Shown here piece after piece: positions 12,327 to 21,228 of a DNA stretch of 64,000 nucleotides; within the stretch, counting starts at the first letter, position 1, and each line of letters opens with the position of its first letter. Source of the DNA: Gemmatimonadota bacterium (GTDB lineage: Bacteria > Gemmatimonadota > Gemmatimonadetes > Longimicrobiales > Gaopeijiaceae). The notes beneath the pieces were generated by a model. It saw only the letters and a list, made by a program, of their open reading frames with translations, searched no databases and was not told the origin of the DNA. The stretch lies in assembly GCA_016873995.1 (NCBI GenBank), contig VGVR01000012.1:11622-75621 (forward strand), read 5' to 3'. The position numbers were made by a program, and so were the translations under genes.

Positions 12327-13184
12327 TCAAGCTGTGCGCGATGTCGCCGCCCCCACCACCCTCTTGCCCGGGCGGAGAAGAGCCACGACGCGGGAGGGAA
12401 AGACTCGCTCGAAGGCCAGCCGTGTCCAAAGCTTCGCAACGCGCATCAGGAAATACATTGCGGCAGATACTCTGCCGCGGCCGTGGCTCACTGAAATGAG
12501 ACGCTCCTCGTTCATGCATCGGATGGGGTTGCGCCACGATGCACCGCCGGCCTGCATCTGCGCATGAATCTTCGGAGAATACACCCCCCGCACGCCGGCT
12601 TTCGTCACTCTCAACAACCAATCGTAGTCCATCGCGAAACTCCAGCGCTCTTCAAAACCTCCGTACAGGCGATACACGGACTCCCGAACGAAGAACGTCG
12701 GATGATTCACTCGGGGCATGGAACGATTCACCGTCCGCGCGTAATTCGCGTTGCCTTCGATTTCTATGAAGGGGACGCCCCGGTGATCGACCAGCATGAG
12801 ATCTCCAAAGGCGAAGTCGGCGTGCGGGTTTTCCTGCATGAGCTGAACGGAGTCGGCGATCTTGGTCGGTGGCAGGTAATCATCCGCGTTGAGCAGCTGA
12901 ACGTAGTTCCCGGTGGCGAGCGCGATGCCCTTGTTGAACGCGTCGCTGATACCGCGGTCAGGCTCCGACACGACCTTTAACTTGGGCATCGCGGAACCCA
13001 TTTCGTTAACGACCCGCAACGTGTCATCACTCGATCCGCCATCGATGACGATGTACTCGATGAATGGATAGGTCTGAGCCAGAACACTCTCGATAGCTCT
13101 TCCGATGGTACCACCGGCGTTGTAGCACGCCGTGACCACGCTCACCAAGTCAGGCCCCGTAGCGTGCGATCTCGATGCGGCCAT
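12327..13184 (-). CDS. Glycosyltransferase family 2
   Basis: 285 aa. VSVVTACYNAGGTIGRAIESVLAQTY...IVIDGGSSDDT is a GT-A N-terminal signature with a DxD-like DAD/NADD region. Confidence 0.85.
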   Translation of the reverse strand: MAASRSHATGPDLVSVVTACYNAGGTIGRAIESVLAQTYPFIEYIVIDGGSSDDTLRVVNEMGSAMPKLKVVSEPDRGISDAFNKGIALATGNYVQLLNADDYLPPTKIADSVQLMQENPHADFAFGDLMLVDHRGVPFIEIEGNANYARTVNRSMPRVNHPTFFVRESVYRLYGGFEERWSFAMDYDWLLRVTKAGVRGVYSPKIHAQMQAGGASWRNPIRCMNEERLISVSHGRGRVSAAMYFLMRVAKLWTRLAFERVFPSRVVALLRPGKRVVGAATSRTA

Positions 13185-14023
13185 CAGTCCCCAGGAACGT
13201 TAGCGGCCGATCCGAGTCCGTCGACGCGACGCGCGTGCTCGAGGTGCCGCTGAGTCAGGAACATGACGTTCATGCTGTTGGAATCGATGTCACTCACGCG
13301 AACGAATGGAGCCAAGCATGAGCGCTCGAGCACATAGGGTCGGTATCCCGACTCGGCTAGCAGGCCTTCGACATCCTCGAACGTACATGAGAATCGCCGC
13401 AGGTAGGGCTGCGAGACCTCGAGCATGATGAACGGCTCGTGCTCCGCGATGAGCTGTGAGGCGCCCTTGAGCACGAGGAGCTCAGCCCCTTCAACATCGG
13501 CCTTGAGGAAGGTGACCCGGCTCCGCGCGAGCACGCATTCCTTCATGACGTCGTCTAGGGCGACCACGTCGATGTCGGATCCTGCCGCGCTGGCCGGAGC
13601 AAAGGTCATAAACGCCTCCTGTCTGGCCGCATACCCATCCGTGATCGGGATACTAACGCTCGCGCGCCCCTTCCTCTCGCCGGCCAACACCTTGAGTATC
13701 GTCACGTTCTCGATGCCCAGGATCTTCAGCGTGCGCGACAGTAGCGCAACGATCTCACCCTGCGGGTTGATCCCGATTACCTGCTCACAACTCCCGCGTT
13801 TGGAAAGCGCCAAGGCGTACTGTCCCTGATTCGATCCCACATCGACGACCGTTCCAACTCCGATGGAGTCGAGGAGACGGAGAACGAACTCCTGCTCTGG
13901 CTCGTAGAACCTGCGAGCGAAGTAGCAGCGGAAGACGACTTCGATCTGTTTGAGGACTAGTGAGACGCCCCCTGGGAGCAAGGGCAGCAGACGTCGCTTG
14001 AGGGCCGCCCTGGTCGGGAGCAA
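13184..14023 (-). CDS. FkbM-family SAM-dependent methyltransferase
   Basis: 279 aa. VVDVGSNQGQYAL SAM-binding loop and LKADVEGAELLVLKG, typical of FkbM (Methyltransf_21). Confidence 0.8.
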   Translation of the reverse strand: MLPTRAALKRRLLPLLPGGVSLVLKQIEVVFRCYFARRFYEPEQEFVLRLLDSIGVGTVVDVGSNQGQYALALSKRGSCEQVIGINPQGEIVALLSRTLKILGIENVTILKVLAGERKGRASVSIPITDGYAARQEAFMTFAPASAAGSDIDVVALDDVMKECVLARSRVTFLKADVEGAELLVLKGASQLIAEHEPFIMLEVSQPYLRRFSCTFEDVEGLLAESGYRPYVLERSCLAPFVRVSDIDSNSMNVMFLTQRHLEHARRVDGLGSAANVPGD

Positions 14024-14117
14024 TCGTCATATCCTCCTTCGGGCGGCGTGCAGTTGGAATACTTCGGTCATGAACCTCCCCTCCTTCCGGCGGCCGAACG
14101 GACGTCGAGCGCGCAAT

Positions 14118-14834
14118 TCAGTTTCCTGACTTCTCTCCGGATTCGGGCAACAACAGGTTCGCGCTCCTCGCCACATGCTCGAGCACAGCGTCGTAGTCGT
14201 GAGGGTGGCCGATGTCGTACCAGACACCTTGGAAAAGCCTGTGCCTCACGTCCAGTCCACGCGCTAACCCCGCGTGCATCAAGTCATCGAAGCCAAAGAA
14301 ACTGCCCCTCGGAACCAGGTCCATGATCGACCTCTTGAAGGCGTTGACGCCCATCGCCACGAGAAAGTCATGGGTCGGCTTCTCTCGGAAGCCGACGATC
14401 CGCCCGCTCGGCTCGTCGACGTCGAGCACCCCGAGGGGAACCTGGTTCACCTTCCTGAAGGCGGAGACGGTGGCCTGAGCGCCTGACGCCACATGGTGCC
14501 GCAACAGGTCACCGAAGTGCATGTTCGTACAGATGTCGCCGTTCATCACGATGAAGTCGTCTTCGAGCCCTCCGATCGTGGCCAGGGCTCCCACGGTACC
14601 CAGGGGCTCCTCCTCCCGGTGGTAACGGATCTTCAGGCCGTATCGGCTGCCGTCACCGAGCACCGCCATGATCAGATCGGACTTGTAACCCACGGCGACT
14701 ACAATATCCTCGAAGCCGCAATGACGCAGTTGCCTCATCACCATCTCGATGACTGAGCTATCACCTAGAGGAATGAGTGGCTTCGGCAGTACCGTGGTCA
14801 GGGGACGCAGCCGGAGGCCTTTGCCACCAGCCAT
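14118..14834 (-). CDS. Sugar-1-phosphate nucleotidyltransferase (NTP_transferase family)
   Basis: 238 aa. MAGGKGLRLRPLTTVLPKPLIPL is the G-x-G-x-R-L signature. Nucleotide specificity is not determinable by eye. Confidence 0.8.
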   Translation of the reverse strand: MAGGKGLRLRPLTTVLPKPLIPLGDSSVIEMVMRQLRHCGFEDIVVAVGYKSDLIMAVLGDGSRYGLKIRYHREEEPLGTVGALATIGGLEDDFIVMNGDICTNMHFGDLLRHHVASGAQATVSAFRKVNQVPLGVLDVDEPSGRIVGFREKPTHDFLVAMGVNAFKRSIMDLVPRGSFFGFDDLMHAGLARGLDVRHRLFQGVWYDIGHPHDYDAVLEHVARSANLLLPESGEKSGN

Positions 14835-14897
14835 GATTATCGCTTGCGAAGGGGCCTCCCCTAGTGGCGTCCGGTCTCAGGCATCTCGTTCTCGGCC

Positions 14898-15893
14898 CTA
14901 CACGTTATATATCTGCGATTTGAATCGCGATAGGTTGGCCGGGTCCGTGAACCATTCAATCGTCCTAGCCAACCCACGCGACAACCCTCCCCTCCCACTG
15001 AATTCCGGCGTCCATTTGAGTAGAGATTTGGCCTTCGAGTTGTCGGCCAGCAGGCGTTCGACCTCGCTATTCTCCGGCCGTAACCTCTGACTGTCGACCT
15101 CGATTGCGATCTCGACATCCATGGCTTCGGCGATCGTCCTTGCGACGTCTCCAATCGAGACCTCGAAGCCACTACCGAGGTTCACTACCTCGCCTACCGC
15201 ATCAACGGCCTGAGCAGCGGCAATGAAGCCGCCCACCGTGTCCGATACATAGCTGAAGTCGCGGGTCGGATGAACCGACCCGAGCTTGATCGTTCTCGCG
15301 CCAGCAGCAATCTGCGTGATGATGGTCGGAATCACGGCGCGGGCAGATTGGCGAGGCCCGTAGGTATTGAACGGTCGAAGGACCGTAACAGGCGTGCCGA
15401 AGGCGTGATAGAACGACATGGCGATCTGATCCGCCCCGATCTTGCTCGCTGAATAGGGCGATTGTCCCTGAAGCGGGTGGAGTTCCGTCATCGGTACGGA
15501 GCGGGCGGTTCCGTACACCTCACTCGTGGAAGTATGGACGAGCCGGTGGACGCCCAGGCTGCGAGCCGCCTGTACGACGTTGAGGGTCCCCTTGATGTTG
15601 GTGTCGACATACGTGTCAGGGGAGTGATACGAGTATGGAATGGCGATGAGGGCGGCGAGGTGCAGCACGATCTCACAGTCCTTCATCGAGGTGCGTACGC
15701 CATGAGGATCCCGCACGTCACCGGAGAAGACCTCGAATTCACCCGCGACATCGGGCGGACACTCATCCAGCCAACCCCACGAGTTGAATGAGTTGTAGCA
15801 CACGAACGCGCGCACGTCATCACCCCGTCGCACGAGTGCTTCAGTCAGGTGCGAACCAATGAACCCGTCTGCGCCCGTGACGAGTATTTTCAA
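14898..15893 (-). CDS. NAD-dependent epimerase/dehydratase (extended SDR, 4,6-dehydratase-like)
   Basis: 331 aa. MKILVTGADGFIGSHL, TSTSEVYG, YSASK, and an uninterrupted LRPFNTYGPRQ. Confidence 0.85.
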   Translation of the reverse strand: MKILVTGADGFIGSHLTEALVRRGDDVRAFVCYNSFNSWGWLDECPPDVAGEFEVFSGDVRDPHGVRTSMKDCEIVLHLAALIAIPYSYHSPDTYVDTNIKGTLNVVQAARSLGVHRLVHTSTSEVYGTARSVPMTELHPLQGQSPYSASKIGADQIAMSFYHAFGTPVTVLRPFNTYGPRQSARAVIPTIITQIAAGARTIKLGSVHPTRDFSYVSDTVGGFIAAAQAVDAVGEVVNLGSGFEVSIGDVARTIAEAMDVEIAIEVDSQRLRPENSEVERLLADNSKAKSLLKWTPEFSGRGGLSRGLARTIEWFTDPANLSRFKSQIYNV

Positions 15894-17032
15894 CCGCGCC
15901 TCTCTAGGTGGATTTGGATAGCCTCTTGAAACGCCTGGTATAGCAGCATCGCGGTCCTCTCCGGAGAGAACTCCGTGAGGAGCCGGTCCCGCAGCGCTCG
16001 GGCACCGCGGGGCGTTTCGAGTGCGTTCTCGACTGCCGACCTAATCGACGCACCGTCACCGGGATCGCAATACCATGCGGCTTCTCTCAGGTACCACTTT
16101 CCGTAGCCTCTGTTCGTAGCCACGACGTTGCACCCCATGAGCCCGCCCTCGAGCGCCACGTGGCCGGAGTTTTCCGTCCAGCTCGGCATGACGACCACGT
16201 GCGCGTTCCTAAAGGCGGAGTAGAGTGTCTCGCGGTCCACGAATCCCAGGTAGTGGACATTGGGTCGAGAGTCGACCAGATCCATGACTTCGCGGTGGAA
16301 CGAGGGGTGGGACCCGTGCGCGCCACCTATGAGCACGATCGGGACATCCATTCCGTCCAGGGCGCGCAGGAGACCTCCTTGGTTCTTCAGGGGCTCGATG
16401 CGACCCGGACACAAGACGAAATCCCGTAGCCCATGTCGTTGGAAAAAAAGCCCTGAAGTGGCGTGCTCAGCCTGGTCGCTAACTTCGATGGAGTTGGGAA
16501 CAACGCGGTGGGCGGGCGCCGTGACCCCCAACTCAGCCTGGATGTCCTCCATCTCCAGGGGAGAGTCGGGCGTGACGAATGACTCACGGATAACCTCCCT
16601 CTGCTGCTGCTGATAGCCCATCCATGCTTGTCGAAGCCCCTCTTCGATGTGCCCGTTGCGGGCTGCATAGTATAGGCTACGCGCCTTTTGATATCGCTCG
16701 TATCCTCCGAGCAGCGTGTATGCTCTCCTAACCATCGGCATCTGGCCCAGACGAACGTACCTATCGAGGTCGGCCCTCGAGTTATACAGCGGCCGAACGA
16801 CTGTTGGCACCCGCGAGGCTCGCGCGTTGGTCATCTGTGCGTGGGTCTCGTGAACCCTCGTGATAGTGTGCAGGTAGACCAAGTCGTAGGGACGCAGGTC
16901 GACGTTCGAGTCGACGCTATGGACGAAGGTGACACCCTTGCTCTCGAGAAACGGCTTCTTGAGCATGAAGGCGGTCATTTCGCCGCTCGGGACGTCACCG
17001 ACATCACGCCTACTCTGAACCAGCACCCTCAC
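15890..17032 (-). CDS. Glycosyltransferase family 1/4 (GT-B)
   Basis: 380 aa. C-terminal domain GRIEPLKNQ...VVVMPSWTENSGHVALEGGLMGCNVVAT has an E-x7-E-like motif. Confidence 0.75.
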   Translation of the reverse strand: MRVLVQSRRDVGDVPSGEMTAFMLKKPFLESKGVTFVHSVDSNVDLRPYDLVYLHTITRVHETHAQMTNARASRVPTVVRPLYNSRADLDRYVRLGQMPMVRRAYTLLGGYERYQKARSLYYAARNGHIEEGLRQAWMGYQQQQREVIRESFVTPDSPLEMEDIQAELGVTAPAHRVVPNSIEVSDQAEHATSGLFFQRHGLRDFVLCPGRIEPLKNQGGLLRALDGMDVPIVLIGGAHGSHPSFHREVMDLVDSRPNVHYLGFVDRETLYSAFRNAHVVVMPSWTENSGHVALEGGLMGCNVVATNRGYGKWYLREAAWYCDPGDGASIRSAVENALETPRGARALRDRLLTEFSPERTAMLLYQAFQEAIQIHLERRG

Positions 17033-18444
17033 GTCTTCATCCGTTGCCGGAATGGCGCTTGGATCGAACCATGGCTTGATACGTCATCCAGTGAGTTGAG
17101 GCCGAATGGTCGAATTCCACCGGCACCTACATGCTGGTTCCTGAAGCGTACGTAGATGTGCCAGCTGAGCGCATACGCGAGGATGTACACGTACCACTGT
17201 ATGTACCACCACGCATTGGGAATCAAGACGCCATGGCCCGTCAGTGTGACGAAGGCGACGAAAGGCCCAATCAGCATTAGGTATAGGAGCTCCTTTTCCT
17301 CTCTCAGTCGTCGTACGTGTCGAAACGCAGAGGCGAACGCGATTGCGACCGCCAGGGTCATTCCCAAATGCAGAAGAAACCCCGGTAAACCCATTTGAAT
17401 GAAGGAGATCAGGTGGGATGAATACTGTGAAGACGGGTACCCGAGGTACGGTACGGCGGCCTCTTGTTCGTTGCCGAAGCCAACGCCCCCGAGTGGGTTC
17501 TCGAAAATGATGTCATCGGCGATTCCAAAGCCTCGCGCCCGGTCGGAAACAGAACCACTCGTTCCCGAAAATCGCTCGATGACCGTGAATCGGAAGACCA
17601 TCCGACCCAGGGTAGTGCGCGCAGCCACCGCACCCCCGAGGCCCAGGGCTATGAGGCCCACCACTACGGTCCACCTCAAGCCCGTCCTCAGCGCGGTCAC
17701 CCTATAGGCCAGCGCGCCGAAGAGAACCAACCCCACCACCATGCTGAACACTCCAGCCGTGGACATGGTCAGGGGAGCGACTGACACGATGAGCGCCGCG
17801 CCACCGAAACACAGAATACTGTCTATGCGTCGCGTCGCGATCAGACCCAGGCTGAGGCCGAGGAACAGACAGACGTTCAGGAACCCCATATAGAACGCCG
17901 GCTCGGAAAAGAACGACTGGACTCGGGGGAATACGAAGCCAAGGCCCTCCGCGTCGGGATCGACCAGCGACATGATACCGGTGCTGTTCGCGGTTACCCT
18001 GCCGAGTATGCCAAAGTCGCCGGCGCCCGACAAAAATCCGAAACTCGCACTCGCGGCCTGAAGCAGGCCGTGAGCAGCGAAAGCCGCCCCGCAGAAGACG
18101 ATCGTCCGCATGACCAAACGAGTCCTGGTCAGGCTGTCGACCCAAAGCAGCATGCTCAGAAAGAAGAGTGGCCTCAGCGGGAAGGTGGACACGAGCTGGC
18201 GGACGCCGAGGATGGGGTCGATGGCATAGAAGATCGACACGCCACCGGCGATGGTAATACCAAGCGCCACCGGAAAGATCACGGGCAAGGGCCGTCGCCG
18301 AACTCCCGAAAAGGCGACCCACAACATGAACCCCACCGCTGCCCCCGACACGACCGCCTGCAGGCCGGGAACGAAATCCACCAACATGACGGGCTTGGTC
18401 AGCAGGGTGACCAAGACGACGACAACAGCAATGATGCTCCCCAT
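17029..18444 (-). CDS. Polytopic membrane protein, O-antigen polymerase/ligase-like (Wzy-type)
   Basis: 471 aa with many hydrophobic segments and one large loop. It sits between glycosyltransferase and methyltransferase genes. No sharp motif, so the call rests on architecture and context. Confidence 0.6.
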   Translation of the reverse strand: MGSIIAVVVVLVTLLTKPVMLVDFVPGLQAVVSGAAVGFMLWVAFSGVRRRPLPVIFPVALGITIAGGVSIFYAIDPILGVRQLVSTFPLRPLFFLSMLLWVDSLTRTRLVMRTIVFCGAAFAAHGLLQAASASFGFLSGAGDFGILGRVTANSTGIMSLVDPDAEGLGFVFPRVQSFFSEPAFYMGFLNVCLFLGLSLGLIATRRIDSILCFGGAALIVSVAPLTMSTAGVFSMVVGLVLFGALAYRVTALRTGLRWTVVVGLIALGLGGAVAARTTLGRMVFRFTVIERFSGTSGSVSDRARGFGIADDIIFENPLGGVGFGNEQEAAVPYLGYPSSQYSSHLISFIQMGLPGFLLHLGMTLAVAIAFASAFRHVRRLREEKELLYLMLIGPFVAFVTLTGHGVLIPNAWWYIQWYVYILAYALSWHIYVRFRNQHVGAGGIRPFGLNSLDDVSSHGSIQAPFRQRMKT

Positions 18445-18472
18445 CAGATCGTCCAGCGCGTTGCGCCCCGGA

Positions 18473-19441
18473 CTACACCGCCCGAGTCAATAGGGCCGCC
18501 CTCACGTAGTCGGTGTCACAGAGGAGCTCGATGGCGTCGGCAGGCGAAACACGTGTGTACAGACCTCTCCGCTGAAAGTCCGTCTTGATGACCTGCTGCG
18601 GCTCATAGCCACGGCGCTCGAATACCTGGGCACCGCCGTTGGAGTGCTGATTGGACGCGAGAGTGGCTACACCGTACCCGGCCTCGAACAAAGCCCGCAG
18701 GACGACGCGCATATTGTGCTCATGGTCATCGTATCTCGGCCGGTGCACTTCGAATAGAATCATCGGACGAAACGCTCGGTCCGCGAGCATGGGAAGGAGC
18801 CCAGTCAAGATCTCGACCTCGAATCCTTCGACGTCCATCCTGAGGAGATCGATTCTTCTTCGCCCCCGGAGGAAGTCGGGTATGGTCACGACCGGTACCT
18901 TGACGGCCGACGAGCCGACCAGGGACTCCGTGTCAGCGCCAGAGTGCACCTTCGGGTAGAAGGTGTGCCAATTCGACCTGGCCGACTGGAAGAAATCCTG
19001 CTCACCCGTCTTGTCGGCCACCCCGACGTTGAAGGTCTCCACCACGCCGTTCATGTCGTTGAGACCGAGATTGACGTTCAGTAGATGGAAGTTCGAAGTC
19101 GCCGGCTCGAGGGCGTAGACCTTGCCGCTATCCCCCACGAGCCTCCCCATCATCACCGAGTAGTAGCCGATGTTGGCGCCGATATCCAGGACCGTCATCC
19201 CCGGTTTGAGCACCGACCGAAGCATGATGACGTGCTCCTTCTCACGAGCTTGGATCAACCACAGTTCTCGGGAGATTCCTTCGTCGAGGAGATCGAGGAG
19301 CAGTCGATAATCGTGGACGGCCTTTTCTGCGTACCTCATGCCTGTGGCTCGCCGGAAGTAGTAGCCAGGGTAGTTCAGGGCCAGGCGTACGAAGTCTTGG
19401 CCGCTCAAGTTCATGTAGTGTGGAATGTTGCTTAGCCGCAT
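18473..19441 (-). CDS. FkbM-family SAM-dependent methyltransferase (second copy, divergent)
   Basis: 322 aa. VLDIGANIGYYSV SAM loop and LRMDVEGFEVEIL motif. Confidence 0.8.
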   Translation of the reverse strand: MRLSNIPHYMNLSGQDFVRLALNYPGYYFRRATGMRYAEKAVHDYRLLLDLLDEGISRELWLIQAREKEHVIMLRSVLKPGMTVLDIGANIGYYSVMMGRLVGDSGKVYALEPATSNFHLLNVNLGLNDMNGVVETFNVGVADKTGEQDFFQSARSNWHTFYPKVHSGADTESLVGSSAVKVPVVTIPDFLRGRRRIDLLRMDVEGFEVEILTGLLPMLADRAFRPMILFEVHRPRYDDHEHNMRVVLRALFEAGYGVATLASNQHSNGGAQVFERRGYEPQQVIKTDFQRRGLYTRVSPADAIELLCDTDYVRAALLTRAV

Positions 19442-19549
19442 GTGTGCTGCTTCCGTATAATGTGTTGGTCGCTGTTTCGGCCCATGTCGCCCGACTCGCG
19501 GGCACTATGTCGACGAGGGCCCCTTCTCGCTGCGTTCCCGCTTCGCATC

Positions 19550-20542
19550 TCAGAGTTGAACGATGCGACCGTCACGCTGAGACTCCCGGGCGGCATCCAC
19601 TACCGAGACGGCCCTGATGCCCTCCCGCAAATCCGACATCAGCTCTCCTCGCCCCAGCACTGCTTCGATGAAATGCCGAATCTCCGCAACGTACGATCGA
19701 TCGACGGCATTCTCCTCGGGAACCCTCCATTCACACCAGTCGCCGCGATCCGCCCTGAACCAACGGACTCGGCCCTCCGAGAGTACCCATTCGATCGTTC
19801 CCTCGCGGCCCACGATGCGGCAGCTCCGATGGGAAGGGCGTTGTACGTAGTCGAGGTTCACGGTAACCAGGGTACCGCTCTCGTATCGAATCAGAAGGGC
19901 CGCCGCGTCCTCGGTCTCGATGCCTAGATCGCCCAGGTTGTCATGAAATCCCACAACCTGTGAGGGACGTCCGAACATCCAATTCGCGTAGTCGACCTCG
20001 TGAATGCAGTCGAGAAGGCAGCCCCCGCCTAGATCACGACGGGCGCTGTAGCCCTTGCGATAGTCCTCGGAAGGGTGCCAGGACGGCAGATAGCTGCCGC
20101 CCTCCACGCGAGCGGACACGGGCTGACCGATAGTGCCACGTTCCAGCAGTTCGCGTACGTACGCGACGCCAGGATGGAAGCGCCAGTTGCAGGCCACCAT
20201 CACCCTTACGCCCTTCCGGTCGGCCAGTTCGAGGAGCTCCGCAGTTCCGTCGGCAGTGTGGCAAGCAGGCTTTTCCACGAACACGTGCGAGTCGGTATCC
20301 CGCAGCAGTTGGAACAACTGAGCTTGGTGATGGATCGTGGGGGTGGCAATGACCGTGACGTCCGCACCTGACCGGAGCAGATCCGCTTCGGTGTCCACGA
20401 CCTGAACTGTGTGCGTCGAGCCGACCGCCTTCCGCCTCTCCGGGTCGACGTCGAATGCCACTATGTCGGAGTAACCAAGGTCCAGGACATTGCGAAGGTG
20501 ACGCCGACCAATGCTCCCGCAGCCCCATACGGCGAACCTCAG
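19550..20542 (-). CDS. Gfo/Idh/MocA-family NAD(P)-dependent oxidoreductase
   Basis: Rossmann motif FAVWGCGSIGRRH must lie near the N-terminus; EKP motif VFVEKP. Proposed CTG start at 20542 overlaps the PIG-L stop (CTGA) and follows GAGGAGGA. The track start at 20860 would overlap the PIG-L gene by 320 nt. Start is uncertain. Confidence 0.7.
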   Translation of the reverse strand: MRFAVWGCGSIGRRHLRNVLDLGYSDIVAFDVDPERRKAVGSTHTVQVVDTEADLLRSGADVTVIATPTIHHQAQLFQLLRDTDSHVFVEKPACHTADGTAELLELADRKGVRVMVACNWRFHPGVAYVRELLERGTIGQPVSARVEGGSYLPSWHPSEDYRKGYSARRDLGGGCLLDCIHEVDYANWMFGRPSQVVGFHDNLGDLGIETEDAAALLIRYESGTLVTVNLDYVQRPSHRSCRIVGREGTIEWVLSEGRVRWFRADRGDWCEWRVPEENAVDRSYVAEIRHFIEAVLGRGELMSDLREGIRAVSVVDAARESQRDGRIVQL

Positions 20543-21228
20543 ACAATCCTCCTCAGGACCTCGAAGGCCTCGGCATATTCGGATCCGCAGCACGCGCCCC
20601 GCCACCGCGCGAGGGCTCGCAGCGCCTCCGGCGAACGGGGATGCGGCGACGCACGTCGCTCCGATCGATACGCCTCCATCGCCTTGATCTTGGCCTCCAC
20701 GTGCGCCGAGCTGACGTGAACGAACTGGGTGGGCAGAAACGCATTCGCGGCCAACGGCGCCCGCCACTCGGTCGATGAGGGCACTTCGAAGGAGAGAATC
20801 TCCTGCACGGTCTCGCCAGGCATTGGTCGGCAGGCAGTCATGACCGCCTCCAGTGTGCAACGATGGTCGACGTTGAGGTCGGCGCCGTGGTGAGTGAGGA
20901 CGACGGTGGGACGAACCGCACGTTTCTTCTCCTCCACCCTCTTGACTATGTCGAGCAATGGAATCGAGTCGAAGCGATTGTCGGGCAGATCTAGCACTTC
21001 GGCACTCGCGGCCCCCACGACCTTCGCCGCGCGTTGAACGTCCGCTTTGAGCGCCTCGAGCTCACGCTCCACCGCCCTGGGGTCGCGACGCTCCGACCTC
21101 GAGGTGATGCCTTCCCCCAGGATGAGGATGTGGATCTCCGATCCGTCTCCAGCCCACCGCGACATGGTGGCTCCGCAGCCGAGGATCTCGTCGTCGGGGT
21201 GAGACGCAATGACGAGCGCGATGCTCAT
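20539..21228 (-). CDS. PIG-L/LmbE-family N-acetylsugar deacetylase
   Basis: 229 aa. VIASHPDDEILGCGATM and HHGADLNVDH are zinc-binding signatures. Confidence 0.85.
   Translation of the reverse strand: MSIALVIASHPDDEILGCGATMSRWAGDGSEIHILILGEGITSRSERRDPRAVERELEALKADVQRAAKVVGAASAEVLDLPDNRFDSIPLLDIVKRVEEKKRAVRPTVVLTHHGADLNVDHRCTLEAVMTACRPMPGETVQEILSFEVPSSTEWRAPLAANAFLPTQFVHVSSAHVEAKIKAMEAYRSERRASPHPRSPEALRALARWRGACCGSEYAEAFEVLRRIV

Noticed and set aside
14027-14227. 66-aa minus-strand ORF in and next to the 94-nt gap between the nucleotidyltransferase and the FkbM gene
   Set aside because: It mostly overlaps the 3' end of the nucleotidyltransferase gene in another frame. It has Thr/Arg-rich low complexity, no RBS and no motif.
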